A stretch of DNA of 64,000 bases. Origin: an uncultured Lentisphaerota bacterium. Its GTDB lineage: Bacteria; Verrucomicrobiota; Kiritimatiellia; CAIQIC01. The notes below the pieces were generated by a model. It was not told the DNA's origin and did no database searches. It saw only the letters and a program-made list of their open reading frames with translations. The stretch covers positions 3,470-67,469 of the forward strand of contig CAISWQ010000123.1 of assembly GCA_903889245.1 (NCBI GenBank). Reading direction: 5' to 3'. The translations under genes were made by a program, and so were the position numbers. Below are positions 55,323 through 64,000 of the stretch, one piece after another (positions within the stretch are counted from its first letter, which is position 1; every line of letters starts with the position of its first letter).

Positions 55323-58300
55323 TTCGTCCATTCGACGACGCGCGCCGAACGCAGCATGACCGGGCCGAGCAGGCCCGAGGGCAGCAGCGGCGAGTCGGGC
55401 TTGTAGGGATTGACCGTGGTCCAGGCGACGCGTTCGGCCTCGGGCTTCGCGAGGTCGCCGATCAGCCGGTTCGGCCACAGGTTCGTCACGCGCACCTCGA
55501 GCTTGTTCGCGCCGGCCTTGGCCGTGCCGGTCAGGTTGACGCGGAACGGCGGTTTCCAGAGCACGCCCAGCGACTGGCCATTGAGGACGACCTCGGCGAG
55601 GTTCTTCACCGCGCCCAGGTCCAGATGCAGTTCGAGCCCGCCGGCGAGGCGCTCCGCCGGCAGTGTGAATTCGCGGACATAGGTGGCGGTGCCGGAGAAA
55701 TGCCGGATGCCTTCCTCGGGGCGCGCGGGCCACGAGACCAGCGCGGCGAACTCGGCCTGCGCCGGCGCACCGAGGCGCGGCGGGAAGTGGACCTGCCACG
55801 GACCGGTCAGCTCGCTGGGCGCGGGTACTTCCGCGGCGCTGGCTTTGCACTCGCGGCCGGACTGCGTGCGCGCAGTCCAGTTACCACCCTGCCATGCGCG
55901 CAGCAGTGGCTGGCCATTTTTCCCGCCGACCAGTTCCGCCGTCGCGGCGTCGAGCGCGGGCGGCTGCAGCGGATCGGCCGCGCCCGCCGGCTCGCGGAAG
56001 AAGACGAACACGGAGCCGCAGGGATCGAAGACCAGCGGCACGATGGTGCGGCCGCCTTCCACCCGCCACGCCGGCGCGGGTTCGATGCGGCCCGTATCGG
56101 GATGCCAGAACTCGGGCTTGCGGCCGGTGACGCGGAACGAGGCCTGGATGGTCCCGGTGCGTTCGCTGCCGTTGCACACAAAATACAAATCCGCGTCGTC
56201 CAGCTTCCGGTGGATGTAGTTGGGCGCCGCGTTCGTGTCGCCTGTCCAGAGAAAGTCTGGCGCCACGTTCAGCTTCGCGAGCGCCTCCGCGACCGTGCCC
56301 GAGCTGACCACGCGGCCGGAACCGCCCCAGACTTCGTCGGCGATGCGCCGCACCTCGGCATCGCACGCGGGATGACCGGCGAGGCTCGGCGAGGCGGCCG
56401 GGCGCGGGCCGATCACCGCGGCGCCGGCGCCGACGAGCTCGCGCACCTTGCGCGCGATGGCGGGCGTCATGCGGTCGCTCTCCGGCAGCACGAGTGCCGC
56501 GTAGCTGGTGCCATCGGGCAGCGCGAGGCGGCCGGCCTGCACGCTCATCCGCGTGAGCAGGACTTCCGCGCCGCAGCCATCGTAGTCGAAGCCGGCGGGC
56601 GGCGTGGGCTTGAGCTGCTCGCGCGCGACCAGCTCGTTGGGCGCGCCCTCGCCCACGTAGTAGCAGAGATCGCCGACGAAGCGGCCCTGCTGCAGCAGAT
56701 GCTGGCAGCGCGCGAGGTAGGTGAGCCACGCCGCGCCCGGCTCCCACCACGTCTGCGTGCGCTCGAAGTTGATACCCCACGGCCCCATCGTCATGCCGGG
56801 CTGGCGGTCGGGCCACGGCTGGTGCGCGTAGCGGTGGAAGACGAGCTGGTTGAGCCCGAGGCAAAAGGCGTTATCGCCGAGCGCCTTCAACGAGAACGGA
56901 TCGCTGCGCCAGCCGGCCTTCTCGGCGCCGGCGGTGAACGACTCCGCCGCGACCAGCCGCTTGCCGTAGACGTGCGCGGCGGCCGCGGCCTCCTTCACGT
57001 CCTGATGGCCGTGCAGCCAGAACTCGCCCATCGGGATATCGGTCCGCGCCTTGCACTGGAACTGGTCGGCCACGGTCGGCATGCCGATGCCCACCGCCTC
57101 GCCGATCAGCAGCATGTTGTGCGCGTGCAGCCGGTCGCGGAGCAGCGCGTAATGATTTTCCGCGACGAGGTCGGCGATTGTGCGGCGCAGATCCCAGAGG
57201 AAGCGCTCGGTCTCCTCCACGCTGCCGATGACACAGCCCGCGAGTGCGGGCAGCCACGGCTGCGGATCGTAGCCGCGCAGGCGCTGGAACTCGGCGCGCA
57301 GGTCGGGCGTCCAGTTCTGGCAGTAGGCCTCCCAGCTATCCACCAGCATCAGCTTCAGGCTCCGGCCCGCGAGCGGACCGGCGTCCTTGATCAGCCGGCC
57401 CATCAGGCCATCGAAGAACTGGTTGACCGCCGCGCGGTTCAGCTTGTCGCACTCGAGGCCCGTGCCCTCCGGCGGCGCGGGCTTGTTGACCATGCCCGTC
57501 GGCGTATGGCCGAGCCGCAGGATCATCCACTCGCCCGCCGGCACCTCCCACTCCAGGCGGCCGCCCGCATCCATGCGCGCGGTGAGGTCGTGCACGCGCT
57601 CCCGCGGAAGCGCCGCCGGCGCGGGCCGCTCCGCGCCGCGCGCGGGCTTCTCCAGGCGGCCGGGCGCGACCGCGGCCTTCTGCTCGAACCGCTCTAGGCG
57701 CGACCCGCCCAGCTCCACCTCGCCGAGGCCGATCTCCTTGGCGAGGAACTGGTGGCCGCGCGTGATCAGGATGCGCACGAACTTCGCGCGGACCGGCGCG
57801 AAGGAAACCGAGGCCGAGGGCATCGTCGGGAAGTTTGCGAGCTTCCGGAATTTTTTCCCGTCGTCGCTGATCTGCAGCTCCGCCGCCCATGGATAAAGCG
57901 GGAACGTCACCGTGCGCAGCCGCGCCGAGCCGAAGCGGACCGGCGCGGCAAACTCGAACTGCACCTGGCCCGGCCCGTGCGTCGCCGGCAGCGGGAACCA
58001 CGCGACCGTGTCGGCGCGGCCATCGATGAGCTTCGCCAGCTCGGCGGCGGGCAGCGAGCCGGTGAGGCGCGGCTTGAGCGTTGCGAGCGGCGGCGGCTCG
58101 GCCGGGTCGGCGGGCACGGCGAAGACCGCGACGTCGCGGTAGAACCCGTAGTTGGTGGGCGGCTGCGGGAGCGTCTCGCGGAAGCGGCACGGCCCGGTCA
58201 CCCGCACCGCGCTCTTCGTGAGCTCCTGCATCGCGTGCTCCGGCTTCACCCACGGCCCGCCCGACTCGCTCCAGCCGGGACAACCGTGGACGGTGATCTC

Positions 58301-58612
58301 GAGCCCGAGCCGCTCCGCCTCGCTGAACGCGTGCTGCATCAGCGCGTACCACTCCGGCCCCAGCACCTTGGCCGGGCCCGGCGCCTCGCCGTAGGCCACG
58401 TTGAAGATGTGCGCGCCGCCGAGCCCGATTTTTTTCATCGCCTCGAGGTCGGCGGTGATGCCCTCGCGCGTGATGTTGCCGCTCATCCAGTGCCACCACG
58501 TACGCGGCCGCGCCGCGAGCGGCGGCGCCTGAAAGTCTTCCTCCAGCCCCGCCGGCGACAGCAACGGGAGCTGCAACAACAAGCCGCAAGCCAGCCACGC
58601 GCTACGTTTCAT
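55319..58612 (-). CDS. GH106-like alpha-L-rhamnosidase family glycoside hydrolase
   Basis: RPRTWWHWMSGNITREGITADLEAMK, GWSESGGPW, DSWE, AAESFT, VTNLWPNRLIGD, SGLLGPV. Confidence 0.88.
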   Translation of the reverse strand: MKRSAWLACGLLLQLPLLSPAGLEEDFQAPPLAARPRTWWHWMSGNITREGITADLEAMKKIGLGGAHIFNVAYGEAPGPAKVLGPEWYALMQHAFSEAERLGLEITVHGCPGWSESGGPWVKPEHAMQELTKSAVRVTGPCRFRETLPQPPTNYGFYRDVAVFAVPADPAEPPPLATLKPRLTGSLPAAELAKLIDGRADTVAWFPLPATHGPGQVQFEFAAPVRFGSARLRTVTFPLYPWAAELQISDDGKKFRKLANFPTMPSASVSFAPVRAKFVRILITRGHQFLAKEIGLGEVELGGSRLERFEQKAAVAPGRLEKPARGAERPAPAALPRERVHDLTARMDAGGRLEWEVPAGEWMILRLGHTPTGMVNKPAPPEGTGLECDKLNRAAVNQFFDGLMGRLIKDAGPLAGRSLKLMLVDSWEAYCQNWTPDLRAEFQRLRGYDPQPWLPALAGCVIGSVEETERFLWDLRRTIADLVAENHYALLRDRLHAHNMLLIGEAVGIGMPTVADQFQCKARTDIPMGEFWLHGHQDVKEAAAAAHVYGKRLVAAESFTAGAEKAGWRSDPFSLKALGDNAFCLGLNQLVFHRYAHQPWPDRQPGMTMGPWGINFERTQTWWEPGAAWLTYLARCQHLLQQGRFVGDLCYYVGEGAPNELVAREQLKPTPPAGFDYDGCGAEVLLTRMSVQAGRLALPDGTSYAALVLPESDRMTPAIARKVRELVGAGAAVIGPRPAASPSLAGHPACDAEVRRIADEVWGGSGRVVSSGTVAEALAKLNVAPDFLWTGDTNAAPNYIHRKLDDADLYFVCNGSERTGTIQASFRVTGRKPEFWHPDTGRIEPAPAWRVEGGRTIVPLVFDPCGSVFVFFREPAGAADPLQPPALDAATAELVGGKNGQPLLRAWQGGNWTARTQSGRECKASAAEVPAPSELTGPWQVHFPPRLGAPAQAEFAALVSWPARPEEGIRHFSGTATYVREFTLPAERLAGGLELHLDLGAVKNLAEVVLNGQSLGVLWKPPFRVNLTGTAKAGANKLEVRVTNLWPNRLIGDLAKPEAERVAWTTVNPYKPDSPLLPSGLLGPVMLRSARVVEWTK

Positions 58613-58628
58613 GATGCTCTCCTCATGG

Positions 58629-58674
58629 TTCCAAGCCTTGGAAAATCCAGCGCCGGTTTTTCCGAGGCTTGGAA
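58629..58674. repeat. TTCCAA-N3-TTGGAA doublet just upstream of GH106 RBS
   Basis: Units at 58629 and 58660. Confidence 0.9.
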
Positions 58675-58680
58675 AAACGA

Positions 58681-58736
58681 ACCACAGAAGTCAAACCTCT
58701 GCGGACCTCTCTCCGCCCTCGGTGACCTCTGTGGTT
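58681..58736. repeat. 9-bp-period CTCTGYGG-type repeat
   Basis: accacaga ... ctctgcggacctct ctccgccctcggtgacctctgtggt. Confidence 0.5.
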
Positions 58737-58759
58737 TCTTCCGATATGCAAAGTCACGT

Positions 58760-60106
58760 TCACTCCACCCGCACCTGACCCACGCTGAAGCGGCCGGCCT
58801 GCTCCGGCACGTCCATCGCCAGCTTTAACGGCGGATGGTTGCCGGCGGCATCGGTCAGCGCGACCGCGAGAATGTACGCGCCCGCCGGCAACGCCGCGGG
58901 AATGGCGAGCGTCTCGTTGAGCGTGCGCTCACCCGGCAGCCAGTCGCGCGGGTCGCTCTTCGCGTCGGCTCCGGCGACTTCGTGGCCGGCCGCGTCGAGC
59001 AGCAGCAGGCGCAGCTTATAGGGCCGGTAGAGCTTGCCGACGCCAACGTTCGCCCACTTCATCCCGATGGCGAGCGACGCGCCGCGCTTCGCCACAGGCA
59101 CAAACGTGGCTTCGCGCAAGGCAAAGCGATAGCCCGCGAGCCGCGCGAGTTTCTCCAACTGCGGCAGCGCCTCCGGCGGAACGCGGCCGAGGTTGTCGTT
59201 GATCATCGTGACGTGGTTGGCGAGCATGAAGTTCACGGCGGCGTCGAACGACCAGCCGCGCGACTTCATGTCCTCATAGGCACCGAACCACTCGAACACG
59301 ACCGGCGCGGTTTTCCAGGTCTCCGCCATGGCAGGCACAGCGGCATATTTCTTCGAGCCGATCCAGTTCTTCTCGTGCCACGGCGAGCCGACGCCGTCGC
59401 GCCGCAGGCCCGCGCCGCGCGCGAGCGCGTAGGGCAGCACCTCGGCATCGTCGGTCATGAACACCAGCGGCGTCTTGCGGAAGGCGTTCACGTACATGTC
59501 CACGATTTGCCGGCGCACGGCCGCGGGCGCGGGATGTTTCGTGTGCCACTCGCCCCAGACGCCGTAGGAGCCGATGTCGAGGAACTCGACGCCCGGCTGC
59601 CCGTCGTAGCGTTCGCCTAGCGCCTTGATGAACGCGCCGTGATGCTTGAGGAAGAGCGGGTCGGTGTAGTCGGGCTCGATGCGCGTGATCTTTTTGCCGC
59701 CGCTGGTGGGATGGTTGTCCTTGATCTCGTAGTCGAAGCCCTTGCAGCCGGCGTCGAACAGCCACTTGGGCGAGGTGTAGTAGCCGGGACTGTGTGCGCT
59801 GCACGCCATCACGCGCAACGCGACGCGCGCATGGCGCGGCTGCCACGCGGCGATGGCATCATCGATGAACTTCCAGTTGAACTTGCCCGGCTCCGGCTCG
59901 GCATCCATCCAGGCGAAACGGATGTAGACGACCGAACACGGCAAGCGCGGCTCCTTCTTCGGCGTGCGGTTGTTGCTCATCCACCCCGCGCCGGGATTGG
60001 CAAACAGCGTATCCACCTCGCGAAACACGACGCGTTGCACCTCCGCGCCGCGAGCAACCATACCGGCCAGGAACAGAATGGTTAGAGCGTGGGGTAAGCT
60101 CTTCAT
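58760..60106 (-). CDS. DUF4832-domain / GH42-like TIM-barrel putative glycoside hydrolase
   Basis: NPGAGW, YIRFAWMDAEP, GSYGVWGEWH, AGYRF. Confidence 0.7.
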   Translation of the reverse strand: MKSLPHALTILFLAGMVARGAEVQRVVFREVDTLFANPGAGWMSNNRTPKKEPRLPCSVVYIRFAWMDAEPEPGKFNWKFIDDAIAAWQPRHARVALRVMACSAHSPGYYTSPKWLFDAGCKGFDYEIKDNHPTSGGKKITRIEPDYTDPLFLKHHGAFIKALGERYDGQPGVEFLDIGSYGVWGEWHTKHPAPAAVRRQIVDMYVNAFRKTPLVFMTDDAEVLPYALARGAGLRRDGVGSPWHEKNWIGSKKYAAVPAMAETWKTAPVVFEWFGAYEDMKSRGWSFDAAVNFMLANHVTMINDNLGRVPPEALPQLEKLARLAGYRFALREATFVPVAKRGASLAIGMKWANVGVGKLYRPYKLRLLLLDAAGHEVAGADAKSDPRDWLPGERTLNETLAIPAALPAGAYILAVALTDAAGNHPPLKLAMDVPEQAGRFSVGQVRVE

Positions 60107-60168
60107 CGGATGGCACTCATTTGCGTTGATCCATTATTTATCGAGACATGCTCCAGGCTTCCACCGGT

Positions 60169-60579
60169 TCAGGGAAGGCTGGCCAGCAGTTCGTCGGGGC
60201 CAAGCACCTTGAGGTTGGCCAGGCGGAAGTCATGCTGGTTGCGCGTAACGATGACTTCGGCGCCCACCAGCCGGCCCGCCTGCTCCAACACCGCATCCTC
60301 GAAATCGGCCACCCGGCTTTTGAGCGCTTCCTGCAATACGGCCCGGTTGACCGGTGCGATCTCGAACAACTCCAGCAATTTTCGCAGGGCCTGATGGGCT
60401 TGCGGGCGGGGCATGGCCTGCGTCAGCAGATAGTCAATGGTGGTGATGGTGGTGGCGCACAGGAAACCCTGCAATCGGGACTGTTCGATCAGGCCCAGCA
60501 CCTCGGCTGAGGCCGCAGCAAAGGGTTGCCGATCCAGCAACACATCAAGGACCACATTGGTATCAACCAGAACTTTCAC
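60169..60579 (-). CDS. PIN-domain (VapC-like) toxin
   Basis: VLVDTNVVLD, DFEDA, IVTRN..DF. Confidence 0.9.
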   Translation of the reverse strand: MKVLVDTNVVLDVLLDRQPFAAASAEVLGLIEQSRLQGFLCATTITTIDYLLTQAMPRPQAHQALRKLLELFEIAPVNRAVLQEALKSRVADFEDAVLEQAGRLVGAEVIVTRNQHDFRLANLKVLGPDELLASLP

Positions 60580-60815
60580 GAATACTTGGCCCGCAGATGT
60601 TTTTTATAGTCAGCCTCGGAGACACCGCGCCCCTTCAAAACGCCGACCAGCGAGGCGGTGAGGGGTGGCAGCGCAGGCGCTTTAGGACGAACCACGGTCA
60701 AGCTGTCGAAAAACTCCCCGACAATTTGCGAGACCGATTTCCCCCGCCGGCTGGCCTCCACCTTGGCCGAGCGGACCAAGGCCTCGTCCATGCGCAGGGT
60801 GAGCTTCGTATTCAT
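60576..60815 (-). CDS. RHH-type antitoxin (DUF6364-like)
   Basis: MNTKLTLRMDEALV...GKSVSQIV, LRAKYS; stop overlaps PIN start. Confidence 0.82.
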   Translation of the reverse strand: MNTKLTLRMDEALVRSAKVEASRRGKSVSQIVGEFFDSLTVVRPKAPALPPLTASLVGVLKGRGVSEADYKKHLRAKYS

Positions 60816-60844
60816 GACGTACTCTCTAGCCTGACTTGTACGTC
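60816..60844. promoter_or_regulatory. Putative TA operator inverted repeat
   Basis: GACGTAC-N15-GTACGTC abutting antitoxin start. Confidence 0.5.
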
Positions 60845-60954
60845 TTGTCAATATCCACCTGGCGCAACGTTCACCTATCGCGCCACGTAAGAGTCAGACA
60901 AGACCTCTATTCTTGACGCCATATCCAGCGGGCGTCAAAGCCGGGGATGGCCCT

Positions 60955-62514
60955 TCATTTCCACTCGTCGGTGCGGAAGGTTTGCGCGGGGAGGCCGTCC
61001 TTGTTGAAGAGGTTCGCCCACGGCGCGTTGCTGCTCCACGCGTAGCGGACCGCGACCGGCTGCGGCACGGCGGCGCAGGAGACGACGACGCTGTCGCCCT
61101 CGATCTGCGCCTCGGCCCAGCGGAATTTCTTGTCGGCACCCGCGACCATGAAGCCCTGCAGCTTGTCGCTATGCCGCGCGGCGAGCCCCTGCCCGACGTG
61201 CGTGAAGCTGATGCGGATCTTGCCGCCCTCGACCTTGTGCGCGGCGTAGAGCGGGCCGCTATATTCGACCGGCTGCCCGTAGACGAAGCCAAGCGCCACG
61301 CGGACGGCGCGCGCGCCGTAGCCATTCTTGTTCGTGGGATGCGTGCCGCTGCCGAGGTCGGTGCTGGTGACCATCGCGGTCTTGGGATGTTGCTGGATCT
61401 TGAGGTGCAGTTCGCGGTAGAGGCCATCAATGTTGCCCGGCTCGCGCGGGAGTTGCGGACTGAACTTGCTCGCGTTCTTCGTCACAGGATCGCCGAGGTC
61501 CCACGCGGTGCCGCCGCCGCTGTGCTTCTGGACGTAGAGGAACGGGAAGTCCTGCCCCCACTCCTTGCGCCAGCCAGCAATGAGCGCACCCATGAGGTTG
61601 AACTGATCCACGCCGGTGATTGCCGTGCCGCTCTCGCCCTGATCCCAGAGCACGCCGCGGATCGCATAGGGCGCATAGGGCTGGACGTGCGCCTGATAGA
61701 GGTTGCCGATGCGGCCGGCGGACTCGCCCGGCTTCGTGGGCTTGGTGGGACCGCGCGGCCCGCGCTTTTTCTCCTGCTTCGCTTTCTCGGCGACCGGTTT
61801 CCACGCGGCGAGGTCCTTTTCATATTTCTGCTGCGCCGCGGCCAGGTCATAGGTCTTGGCGAACTCCGCCGCCTGCGCCTGGCAGGCGGCGTCGCTGCGC
61901 AGCATCTCCTCGGTCAGCCAGTAGCCCGAGGGCGTGCCGCCGACCGCGCCGACCATGATGCCGACGGGCACGTCGAGCTTCTGCTGGAGCTGGTAGCCGA
62001 ACGCGAACAGCAGCGCGGAGAACTGCTTGATGTTCGCGGGTGTCGCCTCCTCCCAGCCGGCGCGGCCCTTGTGCAGCAGGCGCAGCTTGGGATAGGTGGC
62101 CTCGGCGGCCCTGGCCAGCGCGGGATCGTTGTTCGTGTAGCTCGGCACGTGCATGTCCATGTTCGACTGGCCGGAGCCGAGCCAGACCTCGCCGACGAGC
62201 ACGTCGGAAATGGTCAATGGTTTATGGCTGATGGAGGAGGTGATGGTCATCGTGCGTGGCTCTGCCGAGACCGGCAACGGGTCCAATTTCACCATCCATT
62301 TACCCTTGGCATCCGCCGTGGCCGTTTTGGTCTGGCCGGCAAAGGCAACGGTCACCTGCTCGCCGGGCGCGGCGGTGCCCCAGATCGGCGCGGCCGCATC
62401 GCGCTGCAATACCATGTGATCGGAAATTGCCGGCGGCAGCTTCACCTCGGCGCGCGCCGCGAACGCGCAGGCCACCAAGGCGGACAGGCAGAGAACGAGC
62501 GTGGATGGTTTCAT
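60955..62514 (-). CDS. Sialate O-acetylesterase (SASA) family protein
   Basis: SDHMVLQR, GEVWLGSGQSNM, WDQGES, HPTNK, VRYAW, FRTD. Confidence 0.9.
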   Translation of the reverse strand: MKPSTLVLCLSALVACAFAARAEVKLPPAISDHMVLQRDAAAPIWGTAAPGEQVTVAFAGQTKTATADAKGKWMVKLDPLPVSAEPRTMTITSSISHKPLTISDVLVGEVWLGSGQSNMDMHVPSYTNNDPALARAAEATYPKLRLLHKGRAGWEEATPANIKQFSALLFAFGYQLQQKLDVPVGIMVGAVGGTPSGYWLTEEMLRSDAACQAQAAEFAKTYDLAAAQQKYEKDLAAWKPVAEKAKQEKKRGPRGPTKPTKPGESAGRIGNLYQAHVQPYAPYAIRGVLWDQGESGTAITGVDQFNLMGALIAGWRKEWGQDFPFLYVQKHSGGGTAWDLGDPVTKNASKFSPQLPREPGNIDGLYRELHLKIQQHPKTAMVTSTDLGSGTHPTNKNGYGARAVRVALGFVYGQPVEYSGPLYAAHKVEGGKIRISFTHVGQGLAARHSDKLQGFMVAGADKKFRWAEAQIEGDSVVVSCAAVPQPVAVRYAWSSNAPWANLFNKDGLPAQTFRTDEWK

Positions 62515-62543
62515 GACAGGACTCCTTCGGTTTTAGCAGACGT

Positions 62544-63524
62544 TCAGCGTTGCGTCGGCGCTTTGAGCTTCTCGATCAGGAACGCGCCGGTGGTCGCGTG
62601 CTTCACATCGGTCGCGCCGGGATAGAAGACCTCGCAGGGCACGCCGCATTCCTTGCAATGCTCCTGCAACTTCACGCCGAAGTTGGCGGTATGCGTCGGG
62701 TCCTTCTGGTCCTGCCCGAGCGCCGGCGGCGCATTAAAGGTGCAGTAGATCGGCGGATCATCGCTGCTGACGAGCGCGTACGGCGAATACTCGGCGATCC
62801 ACGGCAGAATCTTGTCGCGCCCGTCGAGAAACTCCTGAAAATTCTTGAAGCCAAACGCGTGGCCGCCGTACTTGCTGTTCGGCGTCCACTCCTTCATCTG
62901 CTTGGGGTCGAGCGTCGTCTGCGGGCCGGAGACCGCGGCACACCACAGACGCGTGGACTCGCGCGCGATGGGATCATCGCTCTTCGGATCGGCCATATCG
63001 GGATGGAACGCGAGCCACAGGCTGGAGCACGCGCCCGCCGAGCCACCGCTCGCGCCGATGCGTTCCTTGTCAATGTTCCACTCCTGCGCCTTGCTGCGGA
63101 CGAATTGCAGCGCGCGCGCCGCGTCGGTCAGCGGCCCCTTGACCGGCGGCACGACCTTGTCGGCGGTCGCCTCTGGAATGAAACGATATTCAATCGAGAC
63201 CACCGAGATGCCGTTCTTGAGCATCTCCGGCAACAGGCCTGCCACGCTGGAACGATTGCCGCCCATCCAACCGCCGCCGTGGATGAAGAACAGCAGCGGC
63301 GTCGGCTTGTCGGACTCCGCCTTCCAGAACGTCATGACCTGTTTCGGGTGTTTGCCGTAGGCCACGTCGTCCAGTGTCGCCTTCGGCAGCGGCGGCGCGG
63401 GCTTGGCGGCTTTCGCCGGTTTGGCGGCGGGCTTCTTGGCCGGCGCCTTCTCCGCCGCCAGCGATGGCAGCGATAGCGCGAGCGTTCCAACCAACATCCA
63501 ACGACCGAGTCTCTGCAACTTCAT
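62544..63524 (-). CDS. Exported alpha/beta hydrolase (HSL/BD-FAE-like esterase)
   Basis: HGGGW, GGSAG, DPTH. Confidence 0.87.
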   Translation of the reverse strand: MKLQRLGRWMLVGTLALSLPSLAAEKAPAKKPAAKPAKAAKPAPPLPKATLDDVAYGKHPKQVMTFWKAESDKPTPLLFFIHGGGWMGGNRSSVAGLLPEMLKNGISVVSIEYRFIPEATADKVVPPVKGPLTDAARALQFVRSKAQEWNIDKERIGASGGSAGACSSLWLAFHPDMADPKSDDPIARESTRLWCAAVSGPQTTLDPKQMKEWTPNSKYGGHAFGFKNFQEFLDGRDKILPWIAEYSPYALVSSDDPPIYCTFNAPPALGQDQKDPTHTANFGVKLQEHCKECGVPCEVFYPGATDVKHATTGAFLIEKLKAPTQR

Positions 63525-63591
63525 GATGTTCTCCTTTGGTAAGACATTCCCTTCCCAACGGCCCTATCAACGGCCCGGCCCGGCGGATATT

Positions 63592-63637
63592 TTCCAAGCC
63601 TTGGAAAATAGTGCGGCGTTTTTTCCAAGGCTTGGAA
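63592..63637. repeat. TTCCAA-N3-TTGGAA doublet
   Basis: Units at 63592 and 63623. Confidence 0.92.
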
Positions 63638-63652
63638 CTTTCCGCCGCCGGC

Positions 63653-64000
63653 TTACTTCGCCTTGGCCTTTTTCTTTTGTTGCTGCTGTTGCTGCTGTTT
63701 CTTGGGGCCCGGGCGCGGGCTCTCGAAAATGGGCGGGACGAGCTGCGCGTTCCACGCCTCGAAGGCGGCGGTCAGGCGCTTGACCACATCGGGCTTCTCG
63801 GCGGCGAGGTCATGCTCCTCGCCGATGTCGGCAGCGAGGTCGTAGAGATGCGACTGCTGCTCGCCGGTGCTCTTCAGCAGTTTGTAGCGGCCTTCGCGGA
63901 CGGCCCAGCCGCTGCCGCCACCGGTGCGCCAGAAGAGGCGCTCGTGCGGTGCGGCCTTGTTCGCGCCCGTCAGGTGCGGGACCAGGTTGACGCCATCGAG
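63653..64000 (-). CDS. Sulfatase C-terminus (5' part outside window)
   Basis: LDGVNLVPHL, LFWR, AVREGRYKL, LYDLAADIGEEHDLA; ends KKQQQQQQQKKKAKAK. Confidence 0.85.
   Translation of the reverse strand, partial: LDGVNLVPHLTGANKAAPHERLFWRTGGGSGWAVREGRYKLLKSTGEQQSHLYDLAADIGEEHDLAAEKPDVVKRLTAAFEAWNAQLVPPIFESPRPGPKKQQQQQQQKKKAKAK

Overview
GC-rich bacterial chromosomal window, most likely from a PVC-superphylum organism. The 16S signatures, RpoB insertion, PEP-CTERM proteins and many sulfatases suggest Verrucomicrobiota/Kiritimatiellia; this is inferred, not searched. The left part holds housekeeping loci: tRNA-Thr-tuf-rpmG-tRNA-Trp-secE-nusG-rplKAJL-rpoB, rpsA, a full rRNA operon (16S-Ala-Ile-23S-5S), pgpA and tig-clpP-clpX. 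The right part holds sulfated-polysaccharide and peptide catabolism genes: 5 sulfatases, GH106, a sialidase-like protein, esterases and a POT-DUF885-serine dehydratase-OCD operon. It also has a low-GC zinc-ribbon MFS insert and a PIN toxin-antitoxin pair. A GH127 gene lies on the left at 8.8-10.7 kb. The strongest unexplained signal is a 15-bp palindrome, TTCCAAGGCTTGGAA. I count about 38 copies at 12 sites, in arrays spaced 31-32 bp apart (3 helical turns; once 52 bp, 5 turns). Several arrays sit in frame inside signal-peptide coding regions. A mosaic locus at 13.2-15.85 kb has a low-GC PEP-CTERM gene, a relic paralog C-terminus, a 21-bp heptad-repeat ORF broken by one amber codon and an 8-bp SSR.
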